From: Chrysomallon squamiferum | Lineage: Eukaryota > Animalia > Mollusca | Assembly: GCA_012295275.1 (NCBI GenBank) | Contig: CM022672.1 | Span: 27,962,001 to 28,026,000 of the forward strand | DNA: 64,000 bases | Direction: 5' to 3' | In this document: positions 17,592 through 31,283 of the stretch, piece by piece | How positions within the stretch are numbered: the stretch's first letter is position 1 | Layout: each line of letters starts with the position of its first letter | The notes under the pieces: generated by a model | Databases searched by the model: none | Seen by the model: only the letters and a program-made list of their open reading frames with translations | What the model was told of the DNA's origin: nothing | Translations under genes and position numbers: made by a program

Positions 17592-19133
17592 GTAAAAAGT
17601 TATTTTAACTTTCATTTTATTAAAATACTGTTTCTTCTCAGTGAAAATAAACAAACTAGTCACGCCATAAAAATAAAAATAATAAATGAATAATTAAAAA
17701 GCAAGTTAAAGAACGAGAAAAACTAACAAATAAATAGATTAAAAGGATATAGAATAAGAAAGATAAGAAATAAAAAAGTAATACGATTTTTCTGCACGCC
17801 ACAACCTTTTCCGGAGACCTTATTTACTTCTGTTACCATGTGGTCATATCTGACCGTGCATAGAATTAATGGTGTCAAAGTCCGCGTCTTTTTGCCTTGA
17901 AATCCTGATTTACCGACTGGTGCGCTTTGAAAGGATTAACCTAAACCTTTGAACCTTGTCTGACCAGAATCATATAGCCAAAGGGGAATACAAATTTGAG
18001 ACATTTGTACTTTGGTATTACACATTATTTTTTCATTTCATGATATATATATATATATATATTTGTTATAATAAAATAAATTGTTTTTCAGCTACCGTTT
18101 CCATTCGCTGTCGAATTCTATGACGAAGATAACGATGATCAAATTTCATTTTCTGAATTTGCCTCCACAGTGAAATGTAACGAAAGTGACCCAACAACAA
18201 GTCAAGCGTTTGAAATGGCAGATGCTGATGGTAAATTAAAACTAGCCAATAGTTTTCTTATGAAAAAGTCAGTCTTCCTCACGGCATCCACCAGGAAGTT
18301 TTACGTTACAGAATTAAAAATAAAAATAAAAAAAAAAAAAAAAGTTAAAGAAAGAAAAATGAAAAGAAAAAGAAATGTCATCCTTTAATAGTTAATTTTA
18401 TTTCATTGTATTTGACTAAGACACAACTTAATATAAATTAATATTTATCGTTCAGACAAAATTGACCTCCAGGTAATTAATTAATCAACAAACCCTGTTT
18501 GTTTGTTTCCAGGATTACGTTATATTTTCTTTGACTGTCTTCATTTACCTTACACACAGATTTTATTACGCGAGAGTTAAAGTATATACTTTTGGTTAGG
18601 TACAAGTGACCTAAATAAGTTTTGATCTGCAACAGATGATTATCCCATTTGTCTCTTACCAACAATTTCTGCTAACATCGACATGAAATAAGAAGAAAAA
18701 GATGATGATGAAAGTTAATAATCATGAAAGTTATGATAATCATTTCGGTTTGGAAATGGAAAAAATAGATGTACGTTGTTACTCAGTTTATCAAGGTTAA
18801 TTTTACGTTTAATGCGGAAATGATCTGAAGGAAAATGTTCTTGGCATTGTCATTTTTATTATTATTATTATTTTAATATTAGCAGAAGTTTGTCTAAACC
18901 TTAGAAATAGACAAAATATATTTTGACCATTTGTACGTAAGTAATGATTTGAATTATACTTAAAATATGCATCTGTAATTTTAACATTTATAATATTAAC
19001 TGCAGGTGACAATTACATAAGCAGAGAGGAACTCGGCGAATCTCCGTTTATCATGTGTTCAAGAGGACAACAAGGTTGGCGAAGGAGGCAGAGCAGACGT
19101 GGACATCCCCGACATCGTTTCTGGGAGAACTGA
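16348..19133 (+). CDS. Secreted Cys-rich cationic peptide precursor with two C-terminal EF-hands (mytimycin-like architecture), 177 aa
   Basis: Exons 16348-16614, 18092-18230 and 19006-19133 (TGA) splice in frame (phases 0 and 1). Signal peptide MDVSVKLCISVLCLLSVARLTTA; CxxxCxxxC-x23-CxxxCxxxC domain; EF loops DEDNDDQISFSE and DADGDNYISREE; Arg-rich tail. AATAAA at about 19183. Confidence 0.88.
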
Positions 19134-20807
19134 TTGACCACTGTTTATTGTTGATGTATATGACAGGAGAATACACAGCTTGAATAAATATTATGCCCAT
19201 AGTAGATGAATGCCCATTTACTGAACTTCGAAACCAAAAGACCAAATCCCTGACAGGAAATATACGAAAAATTAAACAGTAAATTCATCCTAACTTCCAT
19301 CACCGGACCAGTACATTTAAACAGAGTAATCATTGTTTCGAGCTTATAAATGGGGGTGCGGATCATAACAAAGGGGAATATTCTACTTCTTTATTCTGAA
19401 TTTTTATCAGGTCATTGTTACGATGAAAATTCTATTATCTATTTTTATTAAACTTTCACTGTATCTGATTCACATAAAACGGACATTCAAGATTATGGGA
19501 AAGGTTGCGTTATTAGTCTTTTTATCTGAGGGTCCACTATAATGAAATAAAAATAACAGTCATCTTTTATTGTATTGCATAACTGTAGATACAAATGTCA
19601 GAGATAACTGACAAAACTGTCTTATTAGTACTCTTAATGTGCATACAAATAAAGAACTATAGATCAGACTACAGTATTGGTCCGTACACTTTATATCCAC
19701 TGTATAGAAAATGTAAGGTAAAAAAAGGAAATAAAACTTATTTCTTTTTATTATTTTTTAATTGTTTTTCCTTAAATAATTACACACGAAGAGGATTTTT
19801 TTTTCCTTTAGTATATTAAGTGAAAATATAACTGTGTTTTGCAGTATCTTATTCGCACTCTTTTAAACAGATCGTCTTATTAAATTCGTTAATTTCTGTT
19901 TTCCGAAGTGCCAGTAGATAAAATATTGTTGTGAAAGTGTTTTGGGACCTATCCAGTTCATTTATAATATCATTTTATTCTCAATTAGTGTAGAAGTTAA
20001 GAGATAAAAGTTTTAATTTATATAGAGAGTAGTAGATGTAAGATCAAAATTGTTTGTTTCATTTTAAAACTCATCGACCATTAATATACGAGATACCAGG
20101 TAATACGCGTTGTATCGAGATTCATTAACATTTTTCATTTTTAAAATGTCAATCAGTATTAAAGGAGCATACACACAATATAACTTATCAGAATACTTGT
20201 TGACATGAATCATGAATTCTGTAACTCATGATGATAACACTGAGTGGCATGATTCAATGACTGAAAACTACTTTGTCATCGGGGAATATGCATCATAACA
20301 ACAAAAACAAAAACAAAAATCATGTGGCTGCCCTTGTAATACTGATTTATACAATGTGACCGCAGACGCGAAAATCAGATATAAAATCACATCATCATTT
20401 ATGTATATATTTTTAAATCATTTATCATTAAGTGAAACACAAGTAGAGGAATTAAAATGATATGTGCTTATGTTTAATGCAACTTCAGCTTGTATAAATG
20501 CTGACGGCTGAAAATGATACAAATGAAGAAATCAGCTGCTACCAGTCCACCGGCTGTTCCGGTCGATTAATAAAAAGATTTCGTCTATCTCATCTTCCCA
20601 CTTCTAGAAAATACATATCACGGTCATTCATAAAGCAGACATGAACTGTTGTCTGAATCTTTCCATGGTCACAAAAATATGAACGAATCATAAAGCTCTG
20701 GTTGGAACATGATTTTGCTACATATGAAACCGTGATCTATTTTTTTTAAATTATTATTCTGATGAATAAATAATAATAATAATTTTAAAGCATTTGAAAT
20801 GGAATCG

Positions 20808-20851
<44 letters not shown>

Positions 20852-21205
20852 CAACAACAACATGTTTAACAATAATCCAATTATTGTTTTTGTAGTTAGA
20901 TACGTTTTTGTTTTCGTTGCTAAGATGTATCGTTTCTGTGTATGTGTGTGTGTTTTTCCTAAAGTATGTTTTAGGATTTTCTTTCAGATGCTTAAACCTC
21001 GTAAATCTTCCGCAAACCTTTATGAAAACATGTTGTATGTATTATATATATATATTGTGTATATAACGAGTAAGTATGGACATATACTGATATATGCAGA
21101 AACGTCACTACCGAGCTTTGCAAGATTAATTATTATCTATATGACCAGCTATAAGGAAAATATTATTTTCGCAGCAGCAAACTAAATATACGTAATATTG
21201 TAGCT

Positions 21206-22005
21206 CAAGGGTGTCCAAACTTTTTTTTAAAGAGAGCCAGTTTTGAGAACGTGAAGATGCCCAAAACAAATATATATGTGTCTTTCTTTTATTTTTTGGA
21301 GTTAGATCTCAGAAAAGTTTCAAAAAATCTTAACCTCATGTTCATTTTATACATGACAATATGAATAATGAATATAAAACATAATAGAAAAAAATATGAC
21401 TCTTGCTCTTGTCTTTCACAAGATCATTCAGAAAGTAAGGTCCAGAACAGCTGGAGTTATAAGCAAAGTGCTTGTTTAAGTTTATGACTTAGAATATGTG
21501 GATATGAATAAGTTCAGCATTCTCTTCACAAAATGTCGCATTTCTGGAAACCTTCCTTTATCCACCTGCCGGTAAAAGTCTACAAGACAAAGTTGTTGGT
21601 GTCTGCCGCGGCACTCGTTTTCAAACTGCGTCTGGAGCAGCTCCAACTGCAGCTGTGGTGAAGGAGAATCAGGGTGCACTGAGAAGGGAGAAGAAAAAAG
21701 CAGTATGTCCTTTTCAATAGCTGCAAAATCCCGAAAGCGTTCGTTAAATTCTGCAGGAAGGTACGATGTTGTCTTGTGGAAAACTGTCCAGGGCCTCTTA
21801 CAAAGCTGGGTAATGTGTGATGCAGAATTTCATATGTGACAAGTGTCTTCGGAAATGTTGCAGCTTGGTACCAAAAGCCTTTAGCTGGCTTACCATTGCG
21901 TTTTGTCCTTGCATGTTAACCTTCAGTGCATTCAGATGCGTCATTATGTCAACCAAAAAAGCCAAATCTGCCAGCCATACAGGATTTGATAGTTCCTGCA
22001 TCTTC
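21206..22005 (-). mobile_element. hAT (Charlie/Buster/SPIN, GTF2IRD2-like) transposon remnant, 3' end
   Basis: Frameshifted transposase pieces ELSNPVWLADLAFLVDIMTHLNALKVNMQG and LQLELLQTQ...DFYRQVDKGRFPEMRHFVKRMLNLFISTY. A Charlie-type terminus CAAGGGTGTCCAAACTTTT starts at 21206. The opposite end breaks off in an (AAT)n run. Confidence 0.85.
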
Positions 22006-22060
22006 TTCTTATTATTATTAGTATCATCATCATCATAATCATAATAATAATAATCATCAA

Positions 22061-22103
<43 letters not shown>

Positions 22104-22727
22104 TAATCTGGTCATTTCTCTTTCATCAACATATCCTTTACGTTAAAAAATAATAATAATAATAAAAAAATAATTCTAAATTTTATGGTCGATTAAAAAC
22201 ACATTTCATTAAACACGCATCACAGAGAAAATTCTAGATTTGTACAATATTATTATAACACTGTACCTATTACTGAACTTACTGAAACATCAGACACACG
22301 TGTTTTTAATATCATATTTTTTAGATATATACCTTCATTTTTAATTATTTGAATTCAACTACATTCAGTACATGGGCTGTTTCGATATTTTTATATTTGC
22401 ATACTTTATGCGATAAGCGATATCCATACTACAGTAATAGCTCGAATTAACGATGTAATTGGTTCCAAATTTCCGATCATTAAGTGAGATGTCGTTAAGC
22501 GGGAGACTAATTTACATAGAATTAATATTATATATTTGTATGTGTGTGTATATGTATGTGTAATATTAAACTGATATAATACTGTACTTTGTTTAGCAAA
22601 ACCAGGTGGCTGAGTGATGCTATATATTAATATACATGTATGTAACAATATTGCATGAATAAACTGTGTATTTTCAAAACTACTTGTAATTTGTTTTTAA
22701 AGCAACTATACAGAAAAAATAAATAAG

Positions 22728-22810
22728 GGGCCATTTCTTCCGGGTGCCATTTTTTCCGAGTACCATTTTATCCAGTGAAATTTTTTCGGCACCATTTTTC
22801 CTACAACCGC
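22728..22810. repeat. Degenerate ~15-bp tandem array (GTGCCATTTTTTCC-like, about 5 units), possibly a transposon subterminal repeat
   Basis: Units GGCCATTTCTTCC, GTGCCATTTTTTCC, GTACCATTTTATCC, GTGAAATTTTTTC, GCACCATTTTTCC. Confidence 0.55.
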
Positions 22811-23403
22811 TTGACGAGAAACTACTTCACCAGTAAATCATAAAAGGGGGCGATGCATGGTGCAAAATTACGTTCATGTTAACAACGCACGTTTTATAAT
22901 TTTGTCTGGCTTTAATGTCGCTGTGATAAGACTAGCTAATGTAGGACATACACGACTGCAACGGAAGTCGTGTTCCGTTTCACATGAGATCGATCAGCAG
23001 AGAGCAGACGACTTCCTATTTATATTAGCAGATGTCGAGGTTTTGCAGAAACCGCGTGATCGATAGTGGTATTTAATGCTAATATTTTCGTTATATTTTC
23101 GATGTTTTTAAAGGAGTTATAAAAAATTTCAGTTGATATAGTTTATATTATTTGGAAGAAGAGCTACCTATCAAAACAGTAAGTACAATAGCATGTAAAA
23201 CTGCAGTAGCTACTACGGCAACTGCTAAGTTATTATTATTATCACTACGCTTACTCACTTCTACTACTACTACAACAACCACCGCAGCCATCACTTCCAC
23301 TATTACTACAGCTTTTACTAGTACTGTTAATACAATTGATGTTGTTATTATTACAGACAATAAAGTAGAAATTGTGGTAGTAATAGTAGTCGTAGTAGTA
23401 GAG

Positions 23404-23507
<104 letters not shown>

Positions 23508-24235
23508 CTATTCTTCTTCGGTTGCAGCTGCTCTCGTTGACACATGATAAATATTAGCTATTTGAACTCCAGTGTTTCCAGCTAGTCTATGATTGACAGA
23601 TGGGACCCACAGAAACATAATTTGTGACATTTATCCTCTCGTGCTATTTTTAGCAGACGGTGATATTTCATTATTTATAATATGGGGGTGGGGGCTGTAT
23701 ATGTTAAAAATAATAATAAATGAATAATTTTTTTACAAATATTAAATCAAACTGCTGCATTTAATGTTTCAGTAATTAACAAACTGTCAAACAGTGCGAG
23801 TTCGTGTTATGTAGTCTGTTCTTTGTTTTCTCATCGATTATAAAACACAGACGAATATAATTTTAAATGATCAAATATGGTTTTCTAGTTGGTGTCTTTG
23901 GCCATCATCTGTTAAATACAGGTTTTATAGCTAAAGTTAACCAGTCATTTTATTAAATTTGAATTATGATATTTATTTTGTATATTTAGTTTCTGTCTTA
24001 GAATAAAATTTAGTACATGTACGCCTCACATCCAATCTACGTATTTGCTTTCTTTTGTTAAAGCACGAATGCATTAACTAAACAGAATATAGGTTCCGTG
24101 TGAGTGACGCGCGCCTGTGTGTTTTTATGTGTGTGCGTGTTTGTGTGTGTTAGAGATGCATCAGTATAATAATTTTACATTAATACTTATATGTATATGT
24201 ATGTATGTGTGTGTGTGCGCGCGCGCGCGCGCGTA

Positions 24236-24278
<43 letters not shown>

Positions 24279-25499
24279 CACTGGCATGTTTCCTAATTCA
24301 GTTTAACTCTCGCTGATTCTATCAGGTGTTACCTTAATTTAAAATACAGAAAATCATAATAAAATTCATAATGTAAAGATAATTTCCTCAAAAAAAAAAA
24401 TAAAAAAAAAATAAAATAAAAAAATAATAAAAAAATAGTTAACTTAAAATGATAAGCTTCTATTTTTGAAGGTTAAAACTATTTTTAATGTTTCAGTAAT
24501 TAACAAACTGTCAAACAGTGCGAGAGTGGATTCTGAGAAAACCCGTCCCGCTATCGTTAATCGATTACCTACAAACTCTGTCTGTTCCTGATGATGTCTA
24601 CTTCTGGTGTAAATTCCAGAACAAAAGAACACGTTGTATAGTAATTTGTTTTGTCAACATCGGCACCCAATTTTGCAAGTACAATCACTTCTTAAACTAT
24701 AACGACAATTTGCACGTAATTAAGCTATCACACGAGTTGAAATAATCGCGCATCTTTGATGGTTTAATAATGATGCCATACTTTTAGTAATTACTATATG
24801 CAGCTAAATGAACAAGATTATTATTCGTACGTGTTAATTATTTAGATTTAGTATCAAAAGCAGAAGTCTGCATAAATACGTAGGACACATTTTATGCATT
24901 GACTTATTGAAGTAAGGGCACGTAACGAGCTTTCTAAAGCAAAATTAACAGAAGTAATTTCTCCCTGTAGAAACAGTGAGTTTTTGCATGTAAACATCAA
25001 TGTCCTGTTTCTAATAAAGCAGGGCCTTTGATAAAATATTGTATGCAGACTCATGCCATATGAGGCAATTTCAAGTAACTGTAAAAATCTTATTATTTAA
25101 AAATAAATGTATTACTATTATATCTTGGGTAGAGATTTAAGTTCTACAGATAAACTGTAAACATTTAATAAACTGTCGCAATTAATGACGAAACTGCACA
25201 GGGCACTTCTCCGTGTGACGCCGTTGTTTCACACGTCTCGAGAAGCCATACATTATTTTCGTTTTCATTCTTCGTGTTTGCCTTTCTCTCGAAAATAATA
25301 AGAAAAAATGTGTATGTTCATTTTTATTTTCGAAAAATGTAATTATTATTTCGATTTTTGTTATTATTATTATTGTCATGTAGTCAAATCTAGATTAGAG
25401 TAATTTCATTTGTTTTTGCTCACATCGCTACAGAGTATAACATTTGGAAACTGGTTTACATAATGTAATTGCATACATATTTTGGTATTTATTTTCCGA

Positions 25500-25551
<52 letters not shown>

Positions 25552-25865
25552 TTAATATTTGCGATATGCAATAAATAGTACGACGAAAGTATACGTTAGA
25601 GTGTTTCTATGGCAATATCTATTCGCTCCACTGAGGAGTATATGCGATTTGTACATATGTATGTAATAGACAGGTTAATAGAATCAACTGTTTTCATTGT
25701 TCTTGTTTTGTAAAAATTGCAAAATAAATTAATATAACTTGCTTGTTATTTACTATGCACCACCCGTAATATATATGTATATTATGTATGTATGTATGTA
25801 TGTATGATACAAAATTATAATGAGTGTATGTGCGTGCTTGTGACAGCATTATATTTCATTTCTTA

Positions 25866-25921
<56 letters not shown>

Positions 25922-26348
25922 GTACAATTGCAATACCAAGAACAGCAGCAACAATAATAATAATAAAAAACAGTGTGAAAAAGAGAGAAAAGCATATTAC
26001 ATGCTGAGGATCCCTTATCGAAATTCCCAAATCCGAAAGAAAAAAAAAGAAAAAAAAAAACATTTTATTTGTTTTTGGTGTAAACCAGCGGAAATGTTTA
26101 TTTCAAATGTTATATAAAATTCAGTAGGATGAGTGTATAAGCCCTATGTAATGAAATAGATTTTTTTCAGTACTTATATCGTATTCTTAGGAATCACATG
26201 CGGTTCCAAGCATTTCGAATAAGTTATCTTTATCCTGTACTGGCGGAAATATAAATCATGCATGTATGTACGTAATACCTCAAGACACTAACCAGTTTTC
26301 CCTGTCAAATTCTAATGGTATGTGCGACAGTTCTTTTATATATATATC

Positions 26349-26388
<40 letters not shown>

Positions 26389-27487
26389 TTTTTTATTACT
26401 GTTACTATTTCTTTTTTTTTTTTTTTTTTTTTTGCATAATATAATGTAGTGAATGTAGTTTTGACGCATTATAAATTTGGAATTATATACATGTATTATT
26501 AATTCAAGAAGTAAATATCATTATTATATATAATTAATTATTGTTGTGATTATTCATTGTTCATCATATAATTACCAAACCAATACAACAGGAATCTCTC
26601 TCTCTCTCTCTCCTTGAAACCAGTAATGAAAAGTTAAACAAGATTCAAATATGAAAACAGATTTATGTTAAAGAGATTTTCGCAGAATCTTTTAGCCTTA
26701 ATTTTTTTTAATAATTAATTATAACTAATATACATAGGTCTGAGAGACTCTTGCGGTCTCTCTCTCTGGCATTTTTTTTTTTTTTTTTTTTGTACAAAAA
26801 CACAGGTGTAAACAGGAAGGCAGATGCGATGACAGGTGGACCTCTAGTTAAATTAGTTTAATCTGACAATCTTATATCCTCAGTTAGTACCCAGTTTTCA
26901 TCGAATAAATAAGAGTGTAGATTCTTTATAATATGATCGTTTGTTGACTGTTTTCATGGTATTTATAGTAAAGTAAGAAATGTAACAAAATCATAATCTA
27001 ATCAAAATCAACACCGAATTCAGTTTTATTTTAAATAATTATTTTATTCCTGTACAAATATTTCCGAATCCACCAAATGCGTTTCCGTGTCCGTTTTCAC
27101 CATTATTACCATGACCCAGTCGTTCGTCTTCCACGACGGAATGTCATAAACTACACGGCGCAGGCACGGACAAGCAGATGGCAAGAACGACGAAAACAGC
27201 GGGCAAAGATACAAGCATGATATTTACTATGGAGACGACGAACTTTATTTATTTGTTTAATATAATATTAGTTTCGAAAATAAATGAGATTTAATTTTCA
27301 TCTTATCTTATTTATGAATTTTAAATATATATATATATATATTTGTGCATGCGTGTGTGTGTGTCTGTGTGTGTATGTGCGTGTGCGTATGTATATATAT
27401 ATATATATATATTAAATTAATTGTAGGTATTCTAAGATGAAATCTGCACGCTCTGTACAGTGAAAGGTGCTGGCACAAGTTGTTAAG

Positions 27488-27714
27488 ATGGTTCGATTGA
27501 TCAAAGACAGCATTCTTAAACTGTGCAACCTGCGTTTACTATGTCCGTTAACTTTGTTGTGTTTCACCGTCACTGTGGTATACATGTACACTTCATATGA
27601 TCCCCTTCCTTCAAAACCCGATCTCTGCAAACTTTGGGAAAGTAAGTATACATTGTACATTTGGTGGTGTCTTGTTTTAAATGTTAAAACACAGCTAATT
27701 AATATGGTAAGAAA

Positions 27715-27751
<37 letters not shown>

Positions 27752-29582
27752 CTGATCGTGGAATTTTAATAATTATTATTTTATATTTAAATTTCTTAAT
27801 TCTCTGTTTATCAGACTGAATATGCATTTCATTTCATTATTCGGTATCAAAGTATTTCACATGAATTTATTGCTAATTATTTATTTTTCATCTTCTTCTT
27901 TTTTTTCTTTTCTTTTTTCTCTTTTTCTTTTCTTTTTTTATCTGTTTTTTAGGATATTTTTTCTCTTAGTGCTTTCTTTTTCTTTTCTTTTAGTTTCCCT
28001 TTAATTTTATTTTTTTGGAAAATCAGATAATAATATTGTATTTATTTCTTTGGACAGATGATCCAAACAAAAGAAATACATCATTATTATGGTGGCAGTG
28101 GGCTTGTCTTATTGAAAAGTAAGTGATATTAAATCAGTTCTGCAAAATTCACAAAACATCTTTTTCTCTAGTGACAGACATTCAAACATGATGTGGATAT
28201 ACTTGTTATAATATTTAGGTTTGATGCTATTAAAATGTATTCATTTCAAATTCTTTTTCCAGCAATGTTTGTAAATATAATATGATTTACCAGAGCTAGA
28301 GAACTTAAATTATTCTGCACCACAAAAAAAGAGATAAATGTTAAAAAGAAAAAGGATTTTAAAAAATGAATATACAAATGGGTTAATTAAATTCATAGCA
28401 AAAATTATCCTACACATACACACACACACACATATGAAACATACTTCTCTTTTCCTCCATTTTCAAGGAAATGTACATGTGTATGTGTGTAATACGTATA
28501 AATGTATGTCTAAATATATGAATATTCACATGTATGTATTATGTATGTACGTATATATGTATGTACATACATACATATGTACATGTGTGTATGTATGTAT
28601 GCAATTGTGCATTTTTGTGTGTGTGTGTGTTTGTGTGTGTGTAAATATACATACATACATCCATATGTACATACATAGATATATACATGTGTATGTGTGT
28701 GTGTGTGTTTACAATGTTTTTGTAGAGAAATAGACAAACCAAATCCATACAACTGTGAAAAGAAACAGATGATGGGAAACTGGAATGTGTGCTGGGATAA
28801 GCAGTACAAACCCCGAAAACCTTGTATTGTCTACTCATTTGGGTAAGTAAGCAATAATGGATATTTAATACATTAAGGCAAATCAAAGTATAGAAACCCA
28901 CTATATTCTCAAATCAAACAATAAATATACTACAAACAACAGCAACAACAAAAAGGAATTAAAGAAATACAGAAAACAAATGATAATAAAGTACATGTAT
29001 AATAAAAAAAAACAAGTTCATGTGGTAGCCTTTATTTCAAGGTATTGTTATAATACTTTTTGCAGGTAAATGTTAAAAAAGAAACCCTGTAAATTAAATT
29101 GATAGACAGATCTAAGACTGCCATATACTTCTGGGATTTTTGACAGTGATCTTTATGATACGATTCATGTGAAAAGTAAATTTTTTTTTTTTTTTCTCAT
29201 GAATTTACAGTTTTGTTAACAATAGTAACAACAAAACCATATCTTTGACAAATAAGTTTGGTAGAAAATACATATACATCAACTGTATTTTAATGAGTAA
29301 ATGATTACATTAAACAGAGGAAAAGTGTTGTATAAAAATGTATACTATGAATTATTTATCATGGATTAGACTTCATTTTATATTCACATTATTTGATAAA
29401 TAAATAGTGGTGTTTATCCTTTAGAAGTGTTAGTACAAAACACTTTTACCCTAACCAAAAATAGATGTCAGTAAACAACAAACAGTTATGTTCTTTGAGT
29501 GTTACTTATGAACTGAAATTTTTAGAAACCTGTTTAAAGATATCTTTAATATTACATTTGAATAGCACAACACAGTTTAGTT

Positions 29583-29613
<31 letters not shown>

Positions 29614-31283
29614 TCATATTTAAATGGTAAATGTCTTATTTACTTCAGAATTGACTTTGACTTTTCCTTTGATGATGCTATGGCTAGCAGGGGTTGCACA
29701 GTTTATTCATTTGACCCTAGGTAAGTTTAGGGGAAAAGATGCATTTGATAGTCATGATATTGGACTAGTGTTTAATAGATACTAAGATTTGTAATTTATT
29801 GTATTTTGATCAAAAGCATTTCCTAATTTTAATTTTAAATTTAATTTTAATTTTTTATTTTATTTTACATACATACATAATATATATATGTAAAGATATA
29901 TTTAAAGATATGTATTAACTATATAAACACACACATATAATATCAATAAGAATATATGTGTGTATGAGTATCTGTATGCATGTATATATATACATTTTAT
30001 TAGTGGATTTGTGTGTGTGTGTTCATATATGTATTAAAATAACAAACAAATATAGTTTTAATAAGATCATTATGAACTTAATTTATTTAAATTCTATTTA
30101 GCATTAAAAGATTTGGTAATTTGTTTGTTCATTAACAGACTTATAATTGTTTAATTCACACACACACACACACAACAGTATTTCAGAAAATAAATATCAA
30201 AATATGTATGCAATTACATTATGTAAACCAGTTTCCAAATGTAGTATTTTAATTCATGTTTGTAGCTTTCTCTCTGTTCTGTACAGTGTTATTAATCAGG
30301 CAAGACTAACAGTTTAAAATAAAATAGAAATAAGAATAATTAAAAGTAAATAAACAGAAGTATTTAAATTTTTATGCACTAGAACACACGCTGAGATAAG
30401 ATAGATATAAATAATCCCCAAAATAACAAAATGATCAAATATAAGAACAACATGTGCCCAGTTTATCTTTATATTCTATTTTATTTCATAACAGCAATAT
30501 TAATAATAATGAGACGAAGAAGAAGAAAAATAACAACATCAACACAAAATTAAATGTTTATGTATGTAATAATAAGAGGATAATTGTATTTTGATTTCAG
30601 TATGGGTATCACTGACTATGTTCGTTCATCAAATGTGTTTTTTAAAAATATGGGAATTGGGGCCAATGATACTGATGACTTTGTTCCAAACTATGATAGT
30701 TATGTCATGAACACTCAGAAATGGAAAATGAGGACACTGAAATCTATACGAAAAATGTTGGGCCATCAAAATGTAAGTATATGTAGAACAACACCTCACC
30801 CTCACTTATATCCTCAGCTAATAAACAATTCTGAAGTGTGTTTGCATCCACTGACAATTTGAACAACTCATTACAATGTTTGCTGTTTAACTAATGTATT
30901 TACTACTACAACTTTGAATGCAAAAATTTATATAAAATAATATTAACATAATATATTTTATGAAATTATATTTCATGTTACAGGCTGTGATAGATGTGTT
31001 GAAGATTGACATTGAAGTCTATGAATGGCCTGTAGTGGCAAATTTACTCAAGGATAAAATGTTTGAAAATGTTCGTCAGTTTCTTGTCGAATGGCATATA
31101 TTTCCCAATGAACCTTTCCGATCAGAATTTAAGGAGATGTATACTTCACTGATTACTTTAGAGAAAGTTGGAATGAAGTATTTCTATGTGCATTCTGGTG
31201 GCAGACATCACCATTACAGATACTGGAATTCACAGGCTGATATGTGTTTTATCAACACTAAATTCAAGTTACCACATGAGTGA
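27488..31283 (+). CDS. METTL24: METTL24-like SAM-dependent methyltransferase (Methyltransf_22/FkbM-like), type II membrane, 291 aa
   Basis: Six exons with consistent phases: 27488-27641, 28058-28118, 28726-28842, 29649-29720, 30601-30772, 30984-31283. Motifs GNWNVCWD, PCIVYSFGIDFDFSFDDAM, GCTVYSFDPSM, IDVLKIDIEVYEW and VRQFLVEWH. N-terminal anchor LLCPLTLLCFTVTVVYMY. The symbol is a family-level call, not a statement of orthology. Confidence 0.9.

Noticed and set aside
21482-22115. Host gene GTF2IRD2/ZBED-like
   Set aside because: It is frameshifted and truncated, sits next to a hAT terminus and has no exon structure, so it is a transposon fossil.
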